Positions 18,122-27,673 of a stretch of DNA of 64,000 nucleotides are shown here, piece by piece. The stretch is from Cyanobacteria bacterium J06642_2. GTDB taxonomy: Bacteria; Cyanobacteriota; Cyanobacteriia; Thermostichales; PCC-7336. A program made the position numbers and the translations under genes. The DNA is taken from contig JBCBVC010000003.1 in the NCBI GenBank assembly GCA_039817845.1, positions 7,067-71,066 on the forward strand, in the 5' to 3' direction. Under the pieces are notes generated by a model. That model made no database searches and had not been told where the DNA came from. It worked only from the letters and a program-made list of their open reading frames with translations. Each line of letters begins with the position of its first letter. Within the stretch, counting starts at the first letter, position 1.

Positions 18122-18685
18122 TCACGCGACAGGAGGAGGCGATTGACGGCGCAATGCCATCGCGAGTTGCTGCTTCAAATCTCGACAGCGCAGGGCTGTC
18201 AGCTGAATTGAAGGTCGGGAGTCGCTCTCTCGGTTTGGGAGAGGTGTTTGCAGGCGATCGCAAAAGAGCAATCCCTCTGCTTTGCCCAGCGCCAAACCCA
18301 GCCACAAGATGCGCAGTACCTCTAGCTCCACCACTTCCAATGCATCAGCATGTATCTGCTGAGAGGGAGCATTGCGGGTATTGGCACGGACTTGTAACGC
18401 CGTAGCTGCCTCTCTATGACTGTAGGCTGCTAACCAGGTACCTGGTTGTAGAGCGGACTCCTGCGGCGCTACGGTGCTCCACTCGAATACGCCCCATCCA
18501 CCGGCGCGATCGCGCAGGACAAAGTACCGCAAACTACCAAGCTGACGTGCGAGTTCGCCGAGCATGTCAACCGCGATCCCGATAGCTTGAGGCGGCAGTC
18601 CAGTAGGAGGCTGCTGCTGCAGGAGCGATAGCTCCTGTTGGTCAAGGGAGCGAACCATATCCACGAAAAAAAATTTCAGCTGCAA
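18122..18685 (-). CDS. Hypothetical protein
   Basis: The 187-aa ORF fills the gap between neighbours. I recognise no motif, and the start is uncertain. Confidence 0.45.
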   Translation of the reverse strand: MQLKFFFVDMVRSLDQQELSLLQQQPPTGLPPQAIGIAVDMLGELARQLGSLRYFVLRDRAGGWGVFEWSTVAPQESALQPGTWLAAYSHREAATALQVRANTRNAPSQQIHADALEVVELEVLRILWLGLALGKAEGLLFCDRLQTPLPNRESDSRPSIQLTALRCRDLKQQLAMALRRQSPPPVA

Positions 18686-18829
18686 GACGCGATCGCCACT
18701 AGCTTATAGTAACCACCACGTTTTCTGAACATCTCGGTCTGCCATCGCCATGCCAAGAACCCTCTTTTTGGCTCAACTGCCAAAGCACCCGAGAGCGAGA
18801 TGGAGATGCAGAAATGTCCAGACGTCAAT

Positions 18830-18859
18830 TTGACATTGTACGGAGTCAAAGAACATAAT
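18830..18859 (+). promoter_or_regulatory. Candidate promoter of tRNA-Asp (TTGACA-N18-CATAAT)
   Basis: TTGACA at 18830-18835 and CATAAT at 18854-18859. The tRNA 5' end lies about 19 nt downstream of the -10 box. Confidence 0.45.
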
Positions 18860-18877
18860 GGAGGCCGCTCTGCAGCT

Positions 18878-18951
18878 GGGACTGTAGTTCAATTGGTTAG
18901 AGCACCGCCCTGTCACGGCGGAAGTTGCGGGTTCGAATCCCGTCAGTCCCG
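18878..18951 (+). tRNA. trnD: tRNA-Asp (anticodon GUC)
   Basis: GGGACTG/CAGTCCC acceptor stem, CCGCC/GGCGG anticodon stem, loop CTGTCAC, T-arm GCGGGTTCGAATCCCGT. CCA is not encoded. Confidence 0.9.
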
Positions 18952-19022
18952 TACCCCAAGTTTTACATAGTTCTCCCACGGCAAGGTGACTCGAAGAGTT
19001 CGGGGACTATTTAAGGCATCAA

Positions 19023-19934
19023 TTACTCAACTCGATGATTATCAGTGGGAATGTGAATGCGGGTCCCAGCCCATTGCAACTTTTCTCGCAAGGTGCGGAA
19101 GTAAGACACGCCGCGCTCGAGCATGACAAACTGCGCGGAGCAATCAGCCCGCTGCACCTCGACGTTCTCTCCCGGATTGACCGACCGCGCCAGCAAGCCA
19201 TCCGTCCACAACCGTGTCAATCCGTCTCCGTCTGCCAGCGGCCAAATTTGTACGCGCGATTGCCCGCCAATCACAATCGGGCGACTGGCCAAACTGAGGG
19301 GGCAGATGGGGGTAATCGTAATTGCCTCCAAGCCAGGAGCAATGATGGGACCGCTGGCAGCTACTGTATAAGACGTAGTCCCCGTTGGTGTAGCCACGAG
19401 TAAACCGTCACCGTGATATTGATCGACAATCTCGCCGTCCACCTCAATTTCTAAGAGAGAAGCAGGCAAACGGGCCTGGGTTACTGGCTTGACGCAAATT
19501 TCGTTGAGACAAAAAAAATCATCGCTCTGAGCGTTTCCATCCACATTCAGGATGCGCGCTCGCAGCATCATGCGAGATTGCAGACTGAAGTCATCCTCAA
19601 CTAGTCGGTCCCACGGAGCATCTTCCAGCACCCGGACGGACTGGGCTAGGAATCCGAGATGCCCTCCGGCCTTAATCGACAGAATAGGAACTCCGTACGG
19701 CGACAGGTGACGCGCAGCAGCCAACGTCGAGCCGTCTCCACCAAGCACGATCGCCAAATCTAGCGGCTGCTCTACGGCCTCAAGAAAGACGGGGTAGGGA
19801 TTATGCTGCATACCTGTCGGCGCTGTCAGCACGGTAATGTGCCGCGCTCGCAGAGCTTCGGCACAGCGCTCGCAGACAGCCTTACTGACGCGATCGCTTT
19901 CTTTGTAGGCGATCGCCACCTGACGCAGTTGCAC
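19023..19934 (-). CDS. nadK: NAD(+) kinase
   Basis: 303 aa. GGDGSTL, NEICV and TPTGTTSYTVAASGPI motifs. Confidence 0.9.
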   Translation of the reverse strand: MQLRQVAIAYKESDRVSKAVCERCAEALRARHITVLTAPTGMQHNPYPVFLEAVEQPLDLAIVLGGDGSTLAAARHLSPYGVPILSIKAGGHLGFLAQSVRVLEDAPWDRLVEDDFSLQSRMMLRARILNVDGNAQSDDFFCLNEICVKPVTQARLPASLLEIEVDGEIVDQYHGDGLLVATPTGTTSYTVAASGPIIAPGLEAITITPICPLSLASRPIVIGGQSRVQIWPLADGDGLTRLWTDGLLARSVNPGENVEVQRADCSAQFVMLERGVSYFRTLREKLQWAGTRIHIPTDNHRVE

Positions 19935-20004
19935 GATATCCCTCGCAAGGTACGACTCGTGTATGAAACGACGAAAGGTGCTGACCCATCAAGTCGACAA
20001 CACG

Positions 20005-20047
20005 CAAAAAATGCCTAGGAAACTCGTGAACTACTGCGAGTTTCCTA
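20005..20047 (-). terminator. Intrinsic terminator downstream of the cyAbrB gene
   Basis: A perfect 11-bp stem TAGGAAACTCG / CGAGTTTCCTA (20016-20047) has a 10-nt loop. On the minus strand it is followed by GGCATTTTTTG. Confidence 0.55.
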
Positions 20048-20078
20048 AGTACGAGATAGTGAAACGCGACAAAACTGG

Positions 20079-20465
20079 CTAGCTCTCAGCCTTGCCATTG
20101 GCAACTTGCTTGAGATGAATGTGCTTGTAACCTAGCTGAATTTCGAATTCATCACCGGGGTTGAGATTCATTTTTTTTGTGTAGGCCGAGCCGATGATCA
20201 ATTGGCCATTCTTATGCACGGTGACGCGATAAGTTGGCTCGCGACCGCGACCGTCGCGAGCGAGACCAGGCGAGAGTTCTACTCCATTCGCCGCCAAAAT
20301 TGCATCGTAAAAACCAGTTAAATTTACCCGAGACTTATTACTATTCTTGGATTGAGTGATATAGCCGCATTGGCGAGCGCGTTCGCGACGCGAGAGATGA
20401 TTGAGGGACTCTATTTTTTGCAACAGAGCCTTGCCGGTCAAAGGAGGAGAAGGAATGTCAGCCAT
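20079..20465 (-). CDS. Cyanobacterial AbrB-like transcriptional regulator (cyAbrB)
   Basis: 128 aa. The C-terminal AbrB/SpoVT-type segment is VTVHKNGQLIIGSAYTKKMNLNPGDEFEIQL. The N-terminal half resembles the Sll0359/Sll0822 class. Confidence 0.8.
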   Translation of the reverse strand: MADIPSPPLTGKALLQKIESLNHLSRRERARQCGYITQSKNSNKSRVNLTGFYDAILAANGVELSPGLARDGRGREPTYRVTVHKNGQLIIGSAYTKKMNLNPGDEFEIQLGYKHIHLKQVANGKAES

Positions 20466-20936
20466 TGGTAGCTCGTATGTTTTACTTTCTACTATTAGGA
20501 TAGTTCATCCATTGACCTAATGGGCAAGTCGTGAATCCATATTTTGATAAATTTCTTAGAAGAACAGCATGAGACGATCTCGATTAAACTTATGGCCTTC
20601 AAGGACTAGCTTTGCTGGAGGTGAATGACTCAGTCAGCAGGCATGGAATGGCATTTATCTGAACGTACCTCTGTCATATATCGAACCGATCTGACATCCC
20701 ACCTCTTTAGATTTAACAGGCAGATTGAACTGCTGGCAAAACAGACTCAGCATTGATTTGCCTGTGGATTGTTGATTAGCGAAAGCAGGGACCGTAAAAC
20801 GTAAATCGCCTAACAGACGCGATGGTGGCAGGTATGAAGCATAAATGTCTACCGAGACTTCTATATCCTGAGCTTTTTACCTCAACGTGGTGGTCGTGAA
20901 GTAGGTAGGACAGTTTCAGATAGAATATGGCAGTCG

Positions 20937-22250
20937 TTGCAGCAGGGTTCACCTTTGATCGAACGCTACACGTTGCCCGAAATGGGTCAGTTATGGACGG
21001 ATGCCGCTAAGTTTGAGGCGTGGATGCAGGTAGAAATTGCGGTCTGCGAAGCTCAAGCCCAACAGGGATTAGTTCCAGCAACGGCTCTCGCTGAAATTAA
21101 GGAAAAAGCTCAATTCTCTGTCGAGCGGGTGTTAGAGATCGAAGCTGAGGTTCGTCATGACGTCATTGCGTTTCTGACCAATATCAATGAATATGTTGGC
21201 CATGCAGGCCGCTACATTCATAAAGGGTTAACGAGTTCGGATGTTCTAGATACCGGCTTGTCATTACAGTTAGTAGCTTCGTTAGATGCCATTCTAAGTC
21301 AATTGGAAACCCTCATCCAAGCAATCCGCTTTCAATCTCAACAACATCGTTACACCCTAATGGTGGGTCGTACCCACGGAATTCATGCCGAACCCATCAC
21401 GTTTGGATTTAAGTTGGCCGGCTGGTTAGCAGAGTGTTTGCGGCATCGAGAACGCTTGGTTCAGTTGCGTCGAATAGTTGCCGTCGGCAAAATTTCGGGT
21501 GCGGTAGGAACCTATGCAAATGTCGCTCCCATCATTGAGAAATTAACCTGCGAACAATTGGGTTTAACTCCAGACACGGCATCAACACAAGTCATTTCTC
21601 GCGATCGCCACGCTGAGTACGTGCAAGCCTTGGCGTTATTAGCTGCCTCTATCGAGCGATTCGCGGTTGAAATTCGCAATTTACAGCGGACGGACGTGCT
21701 GGAGTTGGAAGAATTTTTTGCTAAGGGTCAGAAAGGCTCGTCTGCTATGCCCCACAAGCGCAATCCCATTAAGTCAGAACAATTAACCGGATTGGCACGG
21801 CTGCTGCGCGGTCATGCAGTGGCAGCACTAGAGAATGTGGCGTTATGGCACGAGCGGGATATTTCTCACAGTTCGGTCGAACGCGTAATTTTGCCAGATG
21901 CTTCAATTATTTGTCACTACATGCTGGTACAGATGACGCAACTGGTCAGTCAGTGGCAGGTCCATGCTGACAATATGACGCGCAATCTCAATATCTACGG
22001 GGGTGCGATTTTTAGTCAGCAAGTGTTGCTCGCCTTAGTTAACAAAGGCTTGAGTCGCGAAGACGCATATGCACTCGTGCAGCGCAATGCTCACGCTGCT
22101 TGGAATCAGCCAGAGGGAGACTTCAAGCGCAATCTTCTCCAAGACCCAGACGTCACGAGTCAGCTCAGTCCAGACGAGATTGCCGCCTGTTTCGATCCTC
22201 AACACCACCTCAAACATCTAGATATCGTGTTCGATCGCCTCGATATTTAA
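20937..22250 (+). CDS. purB: Adenylosuccinate lyase
   Basis: 437 aa. IERYTLPEM start region and GSSAMPHKRNP signature. The true start is possibly the TTG at 20955. Confidence 0.9.
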   Translation: MQQGSPLIERYTLPEMGQLWTDAAKFEAWMQVEIAVCEAQAQQGLVPATALAEIKEKAQFSVERVLEIEAEVRHDVIAFLTNINEYVGHAGRYIHKGLTSSDVLDTGLSLQLVASLDAILSQLETLIQAIRFQSQQHRYTLMVGRTHGIHAEPITFGFKLAGWLAECLRHRERLVQLRRIVAVGKISGAVGTYANVAPIIEKLTCEQLGLTPDTASTQVISRDRHAEYVQALALLAASIERFAVEIRNLQRTDVLELEEFFAKGQKGSSAMPHKRNPIKSEQLTGLARLLRGHAVAALENVALWHERDISHSSVERVILPDASIICHYMLVQMTQLVSQWQVHADNMTRNLNIYGGAIFSQQVLLALVNKGLSREDAYALVQRNAHAAWNQPEGDFKRNLLQDPDVTSQLSPDEIAACFDPQHHLKHLDIVFDRLDI

Positions 22251-22330
22251 ACCTCAATACTTGAGAAACGTTGGGATGTCGATGCAGAATATGTAGAACT
22301 CCATGCCTGCAAGGGCTAGAAGCTTCCGCG

Positions 22331-23734
22331 TTAGCGATTCATCAGAATCAGCCTGGCGAGGAAAAATCCATCCCTACCGCTAACGTGTGGCCAAATAGTT
22401 TGAGGCGAGGCGTCTGGGTCGAGCCGCCATTCGGGATGGCAAGCGAGGAAGCGATCGAGCTGCTGTTGATTTTCCTCAGGATGCATTGTGCAAGTGGCAT
22501 AGACGAGAACGCCTCCCGGTTTCACCCAAGCCGCAGCACGCTCTAACAGTCGGGTTTGGAGGGCGACCAGCTCTGTAATGCGTTCGGGGGACTGTCGCCA
22601 GCGAGCATCGGCATGACGGTGCAGAGTTCCCAAGCCCGAACAGGGGGCGTCGAGCAAGACGCGATCGCTCGTCCCCCAAGCTGGTAGTTCTAATCCTTCG
22701 GGGTCAAACTGAGGCGCGGCCAGGTCCACCGCACGGGTTTGAATCGATTGCAGTTGCAACCTAGCAGCATTGGCCTGCAGGCGTTTGAGGCGATGGACAT
22801 GGCGATCGAGGGCCCAAATCTCGGCTCGGTCTTCCGTAAGTTCGGCTATATGTGTCGTCTTACCACCGGGAGCCGCACAGCAATCAATGATGAGTTCGCC
22901 AGGCTGGGGATCGAGGAGTCGGGCAACCTGTTGCGCACTGCTGTCTTGCACCGACCACCAGCCCTCGCGATAGCCCGGCAGATCGGAGATCGCTCCCACA
23001 GAACGACTCAGGCGCAGAGCTTCTGGTGCTTCCGATACGAGAACCGTTGAGATTGATGCTTGCTGCAGAGCATCCCGAACTGATTCGACCGTACAGCGAA
23101 AAGTATTAACCCTCAGGTCGATGTGGGGTGCTCGATTAAACCAGCGGCACAGTTCTTCAGTTGCTGTCGGCCCCAATTGTTGCCACCACAATTGCACCAG
23201 CCACGAAGGATAGCTTTGTGCGATCGCTAATTGCTCAATCGGATCGTCAAGCTGCGGCAGCCGCTCGTCAGGATTGCAGCGTAGGTAGGCTCGAAGAATA
23301 CCATTGACAACACCAGACAATTTACCCAAGCGGCAAGACCGAGCGAGTTCGACCGTCTCGTGGACGGCCGTGTGCTCGGGCACGCGATCGAGGCAATGCA
23401 GTTGATACAGACCAATCTGTAGCACCAGGCGCAAATTAGGAGGTTGACGGTCGGCTGATTTGCGGCTGAAGCGATCGATCAAGGCATCCAAGGTGCGGCG
23501 GCGGCGGGTCACCCCATAAACCAATTCGGTAACTAATCTGCGATCGCCGTCAACCACCTCCGCGTTAGCTAACACTCGTTCCAGAGCAATATCAGCAAAA
23601 GCCTGCTGGCGATCGACTTGACGCAGCGCTAACCAGGCCAAATATCGAGCTGAAAGGGTCTTTTGCACGTGTTTGATGCGATCGCTTTTCGATGAATTTT
23701 CGCGGGTTGGCAATGCTTTCATAATGGTTGCCAA
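22331..23734 (-). CDS. rsmB: 16S rRNA (cytosine967-C5)-methyltransferase
   Basis: 467 aa. An NusB-like N-terminus is followed by the SAM site DCCAAPGGKT and the catalytic motifs DAPCSGLGT and TCT..PEEN. Confidence 0.85.
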   Translation of the reverse strand: MATIMKALPTRENSSKSDRIKHVQKTLSARYLAWLALRQVDRQQAFADIALERVLANAEVVDGDRRLVTELVYGVTRRRRTLDALIDRFSRKSADRQPPNLRLVLQIGLYQLHCLDRVPEHTAVHETVELARSCRLGKLSGVVNGILRAYLRCNPDERLPQLDDPIEQLAIAQSYPSWLVQLWWQQLGPTATEELCRWFNRAPHIDLRVNTFRCTVESVRDALQQASISTVLVSEAPEALRLSRSVGAISDLPGYREGWWSVQDSSAQQVARLLDPQPGELIIDCCAAPGGKTTHIAELTEDRAEIWALDRHVHRLKRLQANAARLQLQSIQTRAVDLAAPQFDPEGLELPAWGTSDRVLLDAPCSGLGTLHRHADARWRQSPERITELVALQTRLLERAAAWVKPGGVLVYATCTMHPEENQQQLDRFLACHPEWRLDPDASPQTIWPHVSGRDGFFLARLILMNR

Positions 23735-24066
23735 ACGTGAACTGACTGTGACAATCGATAGCCCTTGCGGGTCTCAAATCTATCGCAGTTAACAATATTG
23801 AAAGCGCGCATTTCAGATTGGATGCGTCAGCTGCTATGGACTGGAACCGCCAAATCCGGCAAAATCCGGCATGGATGTTTGCTCAATCTCGATTCTGCTC
23901 GTGATAGCAACATTCGTTACGGGTCAACTGGTTGCGCTCAGCAAAGGTGCTGGCACGATAGAGGAAAGCGGGCAAACTAGAGTCTGGATGTCACGCGATC
24001 GCGAACTCGCTTGCCAGGTGGGTAGGGCAGAGCGACAATCAAAGGCTGTACGAGGAAACGAGCTCA

Positions 24067-24783
24067 ATGACGGCGAACAGTCCCGTGCCGCAACTCTCGG
24101 CATTAGAACAGTTAACCATACCGGAGCAGGGTGATTCTGCGGCTAAAGCAGTCATTAAATGTCGCTTGGACTTCATGTTTTGTGCCCTAGAAGCTCTCAG
24201 CGACGATAGCTCGGCGGCGGCCCTCGACGCGGCTAAAGCTTTGGGCGTAGACGGCTGGATTGGCGATCGCGTTGCCTTTTGGCGTCTGCGCAATGCCAAT
24301 CCGCTGCGTCGCAGTGATGGCGGTCGCAAAAAACTCGACATTGACGAAGTCCGCGCCCTCGTGCTGACTATTTGTTTGCTGGCTAAACAGCATCAGGCTG
24401 CTATCCGCGCCACACTCGAACGAGTTGAAGCTGCAACCCATGCAGAGCGCGACCTGTCAGCAGAGCCCCAGGTCGCGGATTACTTAGACGGATTTCACGG
24501 CCAATATCGCGAGCGCATGATTGACGGCGATCTCCTATCCGGCGAAAGCATTTCTGAATTGGCGATCGCATTGCTGGTCGATCTAATGCTGTGTAGCGGT
24601 CGTGAAGGTCCACATCGCTTGTGGCAGGCTTTGCTCGTGCGGCCCGAAATGAACGTTCCTGAAATTGCAACCGCTGCCGATACCGCGACTGGAGCGAGTA
24701 CGGTGACAACAGCAGGAACGGCTGCCTCAACGACTTCTGCCGATATTTCGCCTACGTCTACTGCCGATACGTCACCGTCCTAA
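24067..24783 (+). CDS. Conserved cyanobacterial protein, DUF3038-like
   Basis: 238 aa. LDFMFCALEAL...RVAFWRLRNANPLRR...EVRALVLTICLLA resembles DUF3038 as I remember it. This is unverified. Confidence 0.5.
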   Translation: MTANSPVPQLSALEQLTIPEQGDSAAKAVIKCRLDFMFCALEALSDDSSAAALDAAKALGVDGWIGDRVAFWRLRNANPLRRSDGGRKKLDIDEVRALVLTICLLAKQHQAAIRATLERVEAATHAERDLSAEPQVADYLDGFHGQYRERMIDGDLLSGESISELAIALLVDLMLCSGREGPHRLWQALLVRPEMNVPEIATAADTATGASTVTTAGTAASTTSADISPTSTADTSPS

Positions 24784-24792
24784 CTTCGAGCC

Positions 24793-25866
24793 ATGGCTAG
24801 TACCCCCATTTCCCGTATTTATCAACAGTCCACCTGTACCTTGACAGTGACAGGTCAAACGACTCAGCCTGAGGATTTGAGCGCCATCTCGGGCAATCTC
24901 AATTGTCAACTCGACCTCAAGGACACCCGTGGTTCGCAACAGCTCACCGGCGATTTGGCCCTGCTCCAAGATTTAGCCGCCGTGTTGGAACGCTATGCCC
25001 AATCCCTACTGAGCGGTCAACCCCAAGGGACCTTTAGCGGTACGGTAGCAATACGGCCTTTGGCTTATATCGTCCACCGCATGACCGTACGACAAGGCAC
25101 TGGCATCGGCCAAGCAGACTTAAGCGCCTCGCAGCTCTTCGACCTGACGGAAGCCCTCGCAGAACTGCGCGCGACGGTCCCTCACCTAAATGAGTTGAAG
25201 TTGACGCAGCCTAAATCCTGGTACGCTCAACCGACAGGTATTGCCGCACTGCTGGTGGGTGGCGTGGGCGTTGCTGCCGCGATCGCCGTATTAGCAACAG
25301 GAGGGGGTGAAACCACTCTGCGCCAGCAGGAAAGCAGGGCTGACTCGAACGGCTCTGAGATCGCATTGAGCGAATCAACTCTCCCTGCGGCCCCCGATGC
25401 GCGCCGCGGAACCCTACCAGAGGGGACACCGCAAGGTAGTGACGAGCAGGATGGCGACGTTGCCAGATTGAGCGCCGACAGCGAACTGTCAGATAATGCA
25501 GCCCGTAGTGATACATCACCAGCTCGGCCAGCTGCACCACCAGCTCTCTCAGCTGCTCTAGAAAATCCCGACCAACCAGAAAGACCGAGTGATAGCGATC
25601 GCGGCGAAGCCCTCCGGCAAGAATGGGAAGAAGCTTGGGTTGCTCCCACCGAGTTGGATGTGGATTGGGCTTACACGGTTGTCATCGAACCCGACGGAGC
25701 CATTGTCAGCGCTCTGCCCATAGACGAGGCAGCGGCTGCAGGTAAAGAGCAAACCCCCTTTGCTGAGGTTCCCACCACATCGCCAGCAACACTACCTGCC
25801 GAAGCCCAGATCTTCACCGTTACCTTTAGCCCTGACGGTAGCGTCACCACAGCTGCAGCAGAATAA
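24793..25866 (+). CDS. Conserved cyanobacterial protein, DUF4335-like, with low-complexity acidic/Pro-rich C-terminal half
   Basis: 357 aa. It has the N-terminal STCTLTVTGQ motif and one TM-like segment, IAALLVGGVGVAAAIAVLA. The family assignment is from memory only. Confidence 0.5.
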   Translation: MASTPISRIYQQSTCTLTVTGQTTQPEDLSAISGNLNCQLDLKDTRGSQQLTGDLALLQDLAAVLERYAQSLLSGQPQGTFSGTVAIRPLAYIVHRMTVRQGTGIGQADLSASQLFDLTEALAELRATVPHLNELKLTQPKSWYAQPTGIAALLVGGVGVAAAIAVLATGGGETTLRQQESRADSNGSEIALSESTLPAAPDARRGTLPEGTPQGSDEQDGDVARLSADSELSDNAARSDTSPARPAAPPALSAALENPDQPERPSDSDRGEALRQEWEEAWVAPTELDVDWAYTVVIEPDGAIVSALPIDEAAAAGKEQTPFAEVPTTSPATLPAEAQIFTVTFSPDGSVTTAAAE

Positions 25867-25911
25867 CCTGGGAAATATTGAGTACGCTGCGCCAGCGAGG
25901 ACCGGAGTTTC

Positions 25912-26238
25912 ATGCACGCTTTGTCATTACCGACCTGGTTCATCCATATTGCTAGCGTAGTCGAGTGGATCGCAGCCATCGCTCTGATATGGCAGTTTGG
26001 TCGCGATCTTCCGCAGTGGCGCTGGTTGGCATGGGGGATGCTACCCGCATTGGTCGGAGCAATGTCGGCATTGACGTGGCACTTTTTTGATAATGCTCCA
26101 GCACTGGAATGGATTGTGACAGTGCAAGCCAGCATGACGCTGATTGGCAACTGTACGATGGCGATCGCAGCCTATCTCATTTGGTCGAAGAGCGTCAGCT
26201 CCACTCAGCCTGACGAGGGAGGGGGCAAGCGTGGCTAA
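25912..26238 (+). CDS. DUF2499 (Ycf49-like) membrane protein
   Basis: 108 aa. PTWFIHIASVVEWIAAI and MLPALVGAMSALTWHFFDN match Ycf49-type proteins. Confidence 0.65.
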   Translation: MHALSLPTWFIHIASVVEWIAAIALIWQFGRDLPQWRWLAWGMLPALVGAMSALTWHFFDNAPALEWIVTVQASMTLIGNCTMAIAAYLIWSKSVSSTQPDEGGGKRG

Positions 26239-26545
26239 TTTATTTGCCTTATCGCTCTTCCCCTACTTAATTTTTTTGGGCTTTTTGACGCGCACGCCTG
26301 AAACCCCCCGTTTGGCGTTAGTTGGGTTCTACTTGCTGCTGCTATTCGTCGTCATCACCATCCCTGCCGGACTATACGCACAGACGCACTACCACACCTC
26401 ACTAGCCAACGTGGATTGGCTGCACGGCAGCGCTGAAGCCTTTTTGACGCTCTCCAATGTCGTTGTCGTGTTGGGATTTAAGCAAGCTCTGATGCGTCGA
26501 GAGGCCGAAGAACCTGATAATCGAACTGAGTTCGACTTAGGCTGA
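26231..26545 (+). CDS. DUF3593 membrane protein
   Basis: Track ORF 26144..26545. I prefer the GTG at 26231 (VANLFALSLFPYL...). It overlaps the upstream stop by 8 nt (GTGGCTAA). TSLANVDWLHGSAE matches DUF3593. Confidence 0.6.
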   Translation: MANLFALSLFPYLIFLGFLTRTPETPRLALVGFYLLLLFVVITIPAGLYAQTHYHTSLANVDWLHGSAEAFLTLSNVVVVLGFKQALMRREAEEPDNRTEFDLG

Positions 26546-26620
26546 GATTCTCAGCTAGGATGCTAATAGGCGTCACTAGGCGTCCGCCCGCAATTTCACG
26601 AGCTGCTGCAAATCACTCCC

Positions 26621-27187
26621 ATGGCTTCTGCATCCATATCCGTTCCCAAAAAAAAAGTAGCTAAACCGCCTCTCGACATTCACACCATGGGCGATCGCGT
26701 CTTGCGCCAAGATGCCAAGCGGGTATCGCAGGTCAATGACGAGATCCGACAGCTCGTGCGAGACATGCTGCAAACCATGTATAGTGCCGATGGCATTGGG
26801 CTAGCCGCACCGCAAGTAGGAGTTCACAAGCGGCTAATTGTGATCGATCCCGACCCGCAAAACACCTCTACACCCCCATTAGTGTTGATCAACCCCGAGA
26901 TTCGCGGGTACGGCAACGATATTGTCTTGGCCCAGGAAGGCTGCCTGAGCATCCCTGACGTCTACCTCGACGTGAAGCGACCGGAAGCTATTGAAGTGAC
27001 CTTCAAAGACGAACGCGGCCGCCCTCGCCGCGCCAAGATGAACGGCTTAGCCGCCCGCGTCGTTCAGCACGAGATCGATCATCTCGAAGGGGTTCTATTC
27101 GTGGATCGCGTCGAGAACGCCATCTTGCGCGATCGCGAGCTCAAACAATATGGGTTCAACAGCCGCGATGTTATCCCACTAACTTGA
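26621..27187 (+). CDS. def: Peptide deformylase
   Basis: 188 aa. GIGLAAPQVG, EGCLSIP and HEIDHLEG motifs. Confidence 0.9.
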   Translation: MASASISVPKKKVAKPPLDIHTMGDRVLRQDAKRVSQVNDEIRQLVRDMLQTMYSADGIGLAAPQVGVHKRLIVIDPDPQNTSTPPLVLINPEIRGYGNDIVLAQEGCLSIPDVYLDVKRPEAIEVTFKDERGRPRRAKMNGLAARVVQHEIDHLEGVLFVDRVENAILRDRELKQYGFNSRDVIPLT

Positions 27188-27239
27188 CGTCTTTAGCTTT
27201 TTCCTACCAAGCTCGATGTGCAACAACTTCAATAACTAA

Positions 27240-27265
27240 AGGCCTACCACAGCTGTGATAGGCCT
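27240..27265. terminator. 26-nt near-perfect palindrome between convergent genes
   Basis: AGGCCTACCACAG/CTGTGATAGGCCT forms a 13-bp stem with one mismatch. It lies between the def stop and the 27320 stop. Confidence 0.35.
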
Positions 27266-27319
27266 CAGTAATAAGAGAACTAAACTGAATCTAATTGAGA
27301 CGCGAACTCGACATCACTA

Positions 27320-27673
27320 CTATTTCGCAAGACGCTGTGAAAGTAACTGCTCCTCAAGTGCAGCAATGCGGTTATAAGCAGCCGTCAGTTGGGCAGTCAA
27401 ACGTTGTACCTGAGCCTCAGGAGCCATTTCTTGTCCAGCAGTCATGCGGGAACTAGAATCAGCTGCTAGACCCTCGTCAATCAGAATATCGCGAATGTCG
27501 TCTTCAATTTGACCGTAATTGAGTGCGTGAGACTTAACAGGTGCAAGTGCTTCCACCTGAGGAATGCGATTAGACACTTCGGCTGCCACTAGGGAGGGCA
27601 ATCGCTCCACAGCTAGCCTGAGCGTCTCAATCTGATGATGTAGCTCTTGGACTTGCTCTTTTAAGGCTTCCAT
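27320..27673 (-). CDS. Hypothetical coiled-coil protein
   Basis: 117 aa. Heptad-like N- and C-terminal segments (EQVQELHHQIETLRLAVERL; RLTAQLTAAYNRIAALEEQLL). No family recognised. Confidence 0.5.
   Translation of the reverse strand: MEALKEQVQELHHQIETLRLAVERLPSLVAAEVSNRIPQVEALAPVKSHALNYGQIEDDIRDILIDEGLAADSSSRMTAGQEMAPEAQVQRLTAQLTAAYNRIAALEEQLLSQRLAK

Noticed and set aside
18773-18979. 68-aa minus-strand ORF
   Set aside because: It lies directly antisense to tRNA-Asp, and the tRNA explains the sequence.
18878-19022. tRNA-Asp as a possible genomic-island integration site
   Set aside because: No integrase and no partial tRNA direct repeat were seen. The next gene is housekeeping nadK.
23851-23870. 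10-nt tandem repeat CAAATCCGGC / AAAATCCGGC in the rsmB upstream region
   Set aside because: It is very short and imperfect, and is probably simple slippage. There is no associated structure.
25211-26150. Minus-strand ORFs 25211..25540, 25227..25649 and 25671..26150
   Set aside because: They are antisense to the DUF4335-like and DUF2499-like genes. Their products are low-complexity Arg/Ser/Ala-rich sequences.
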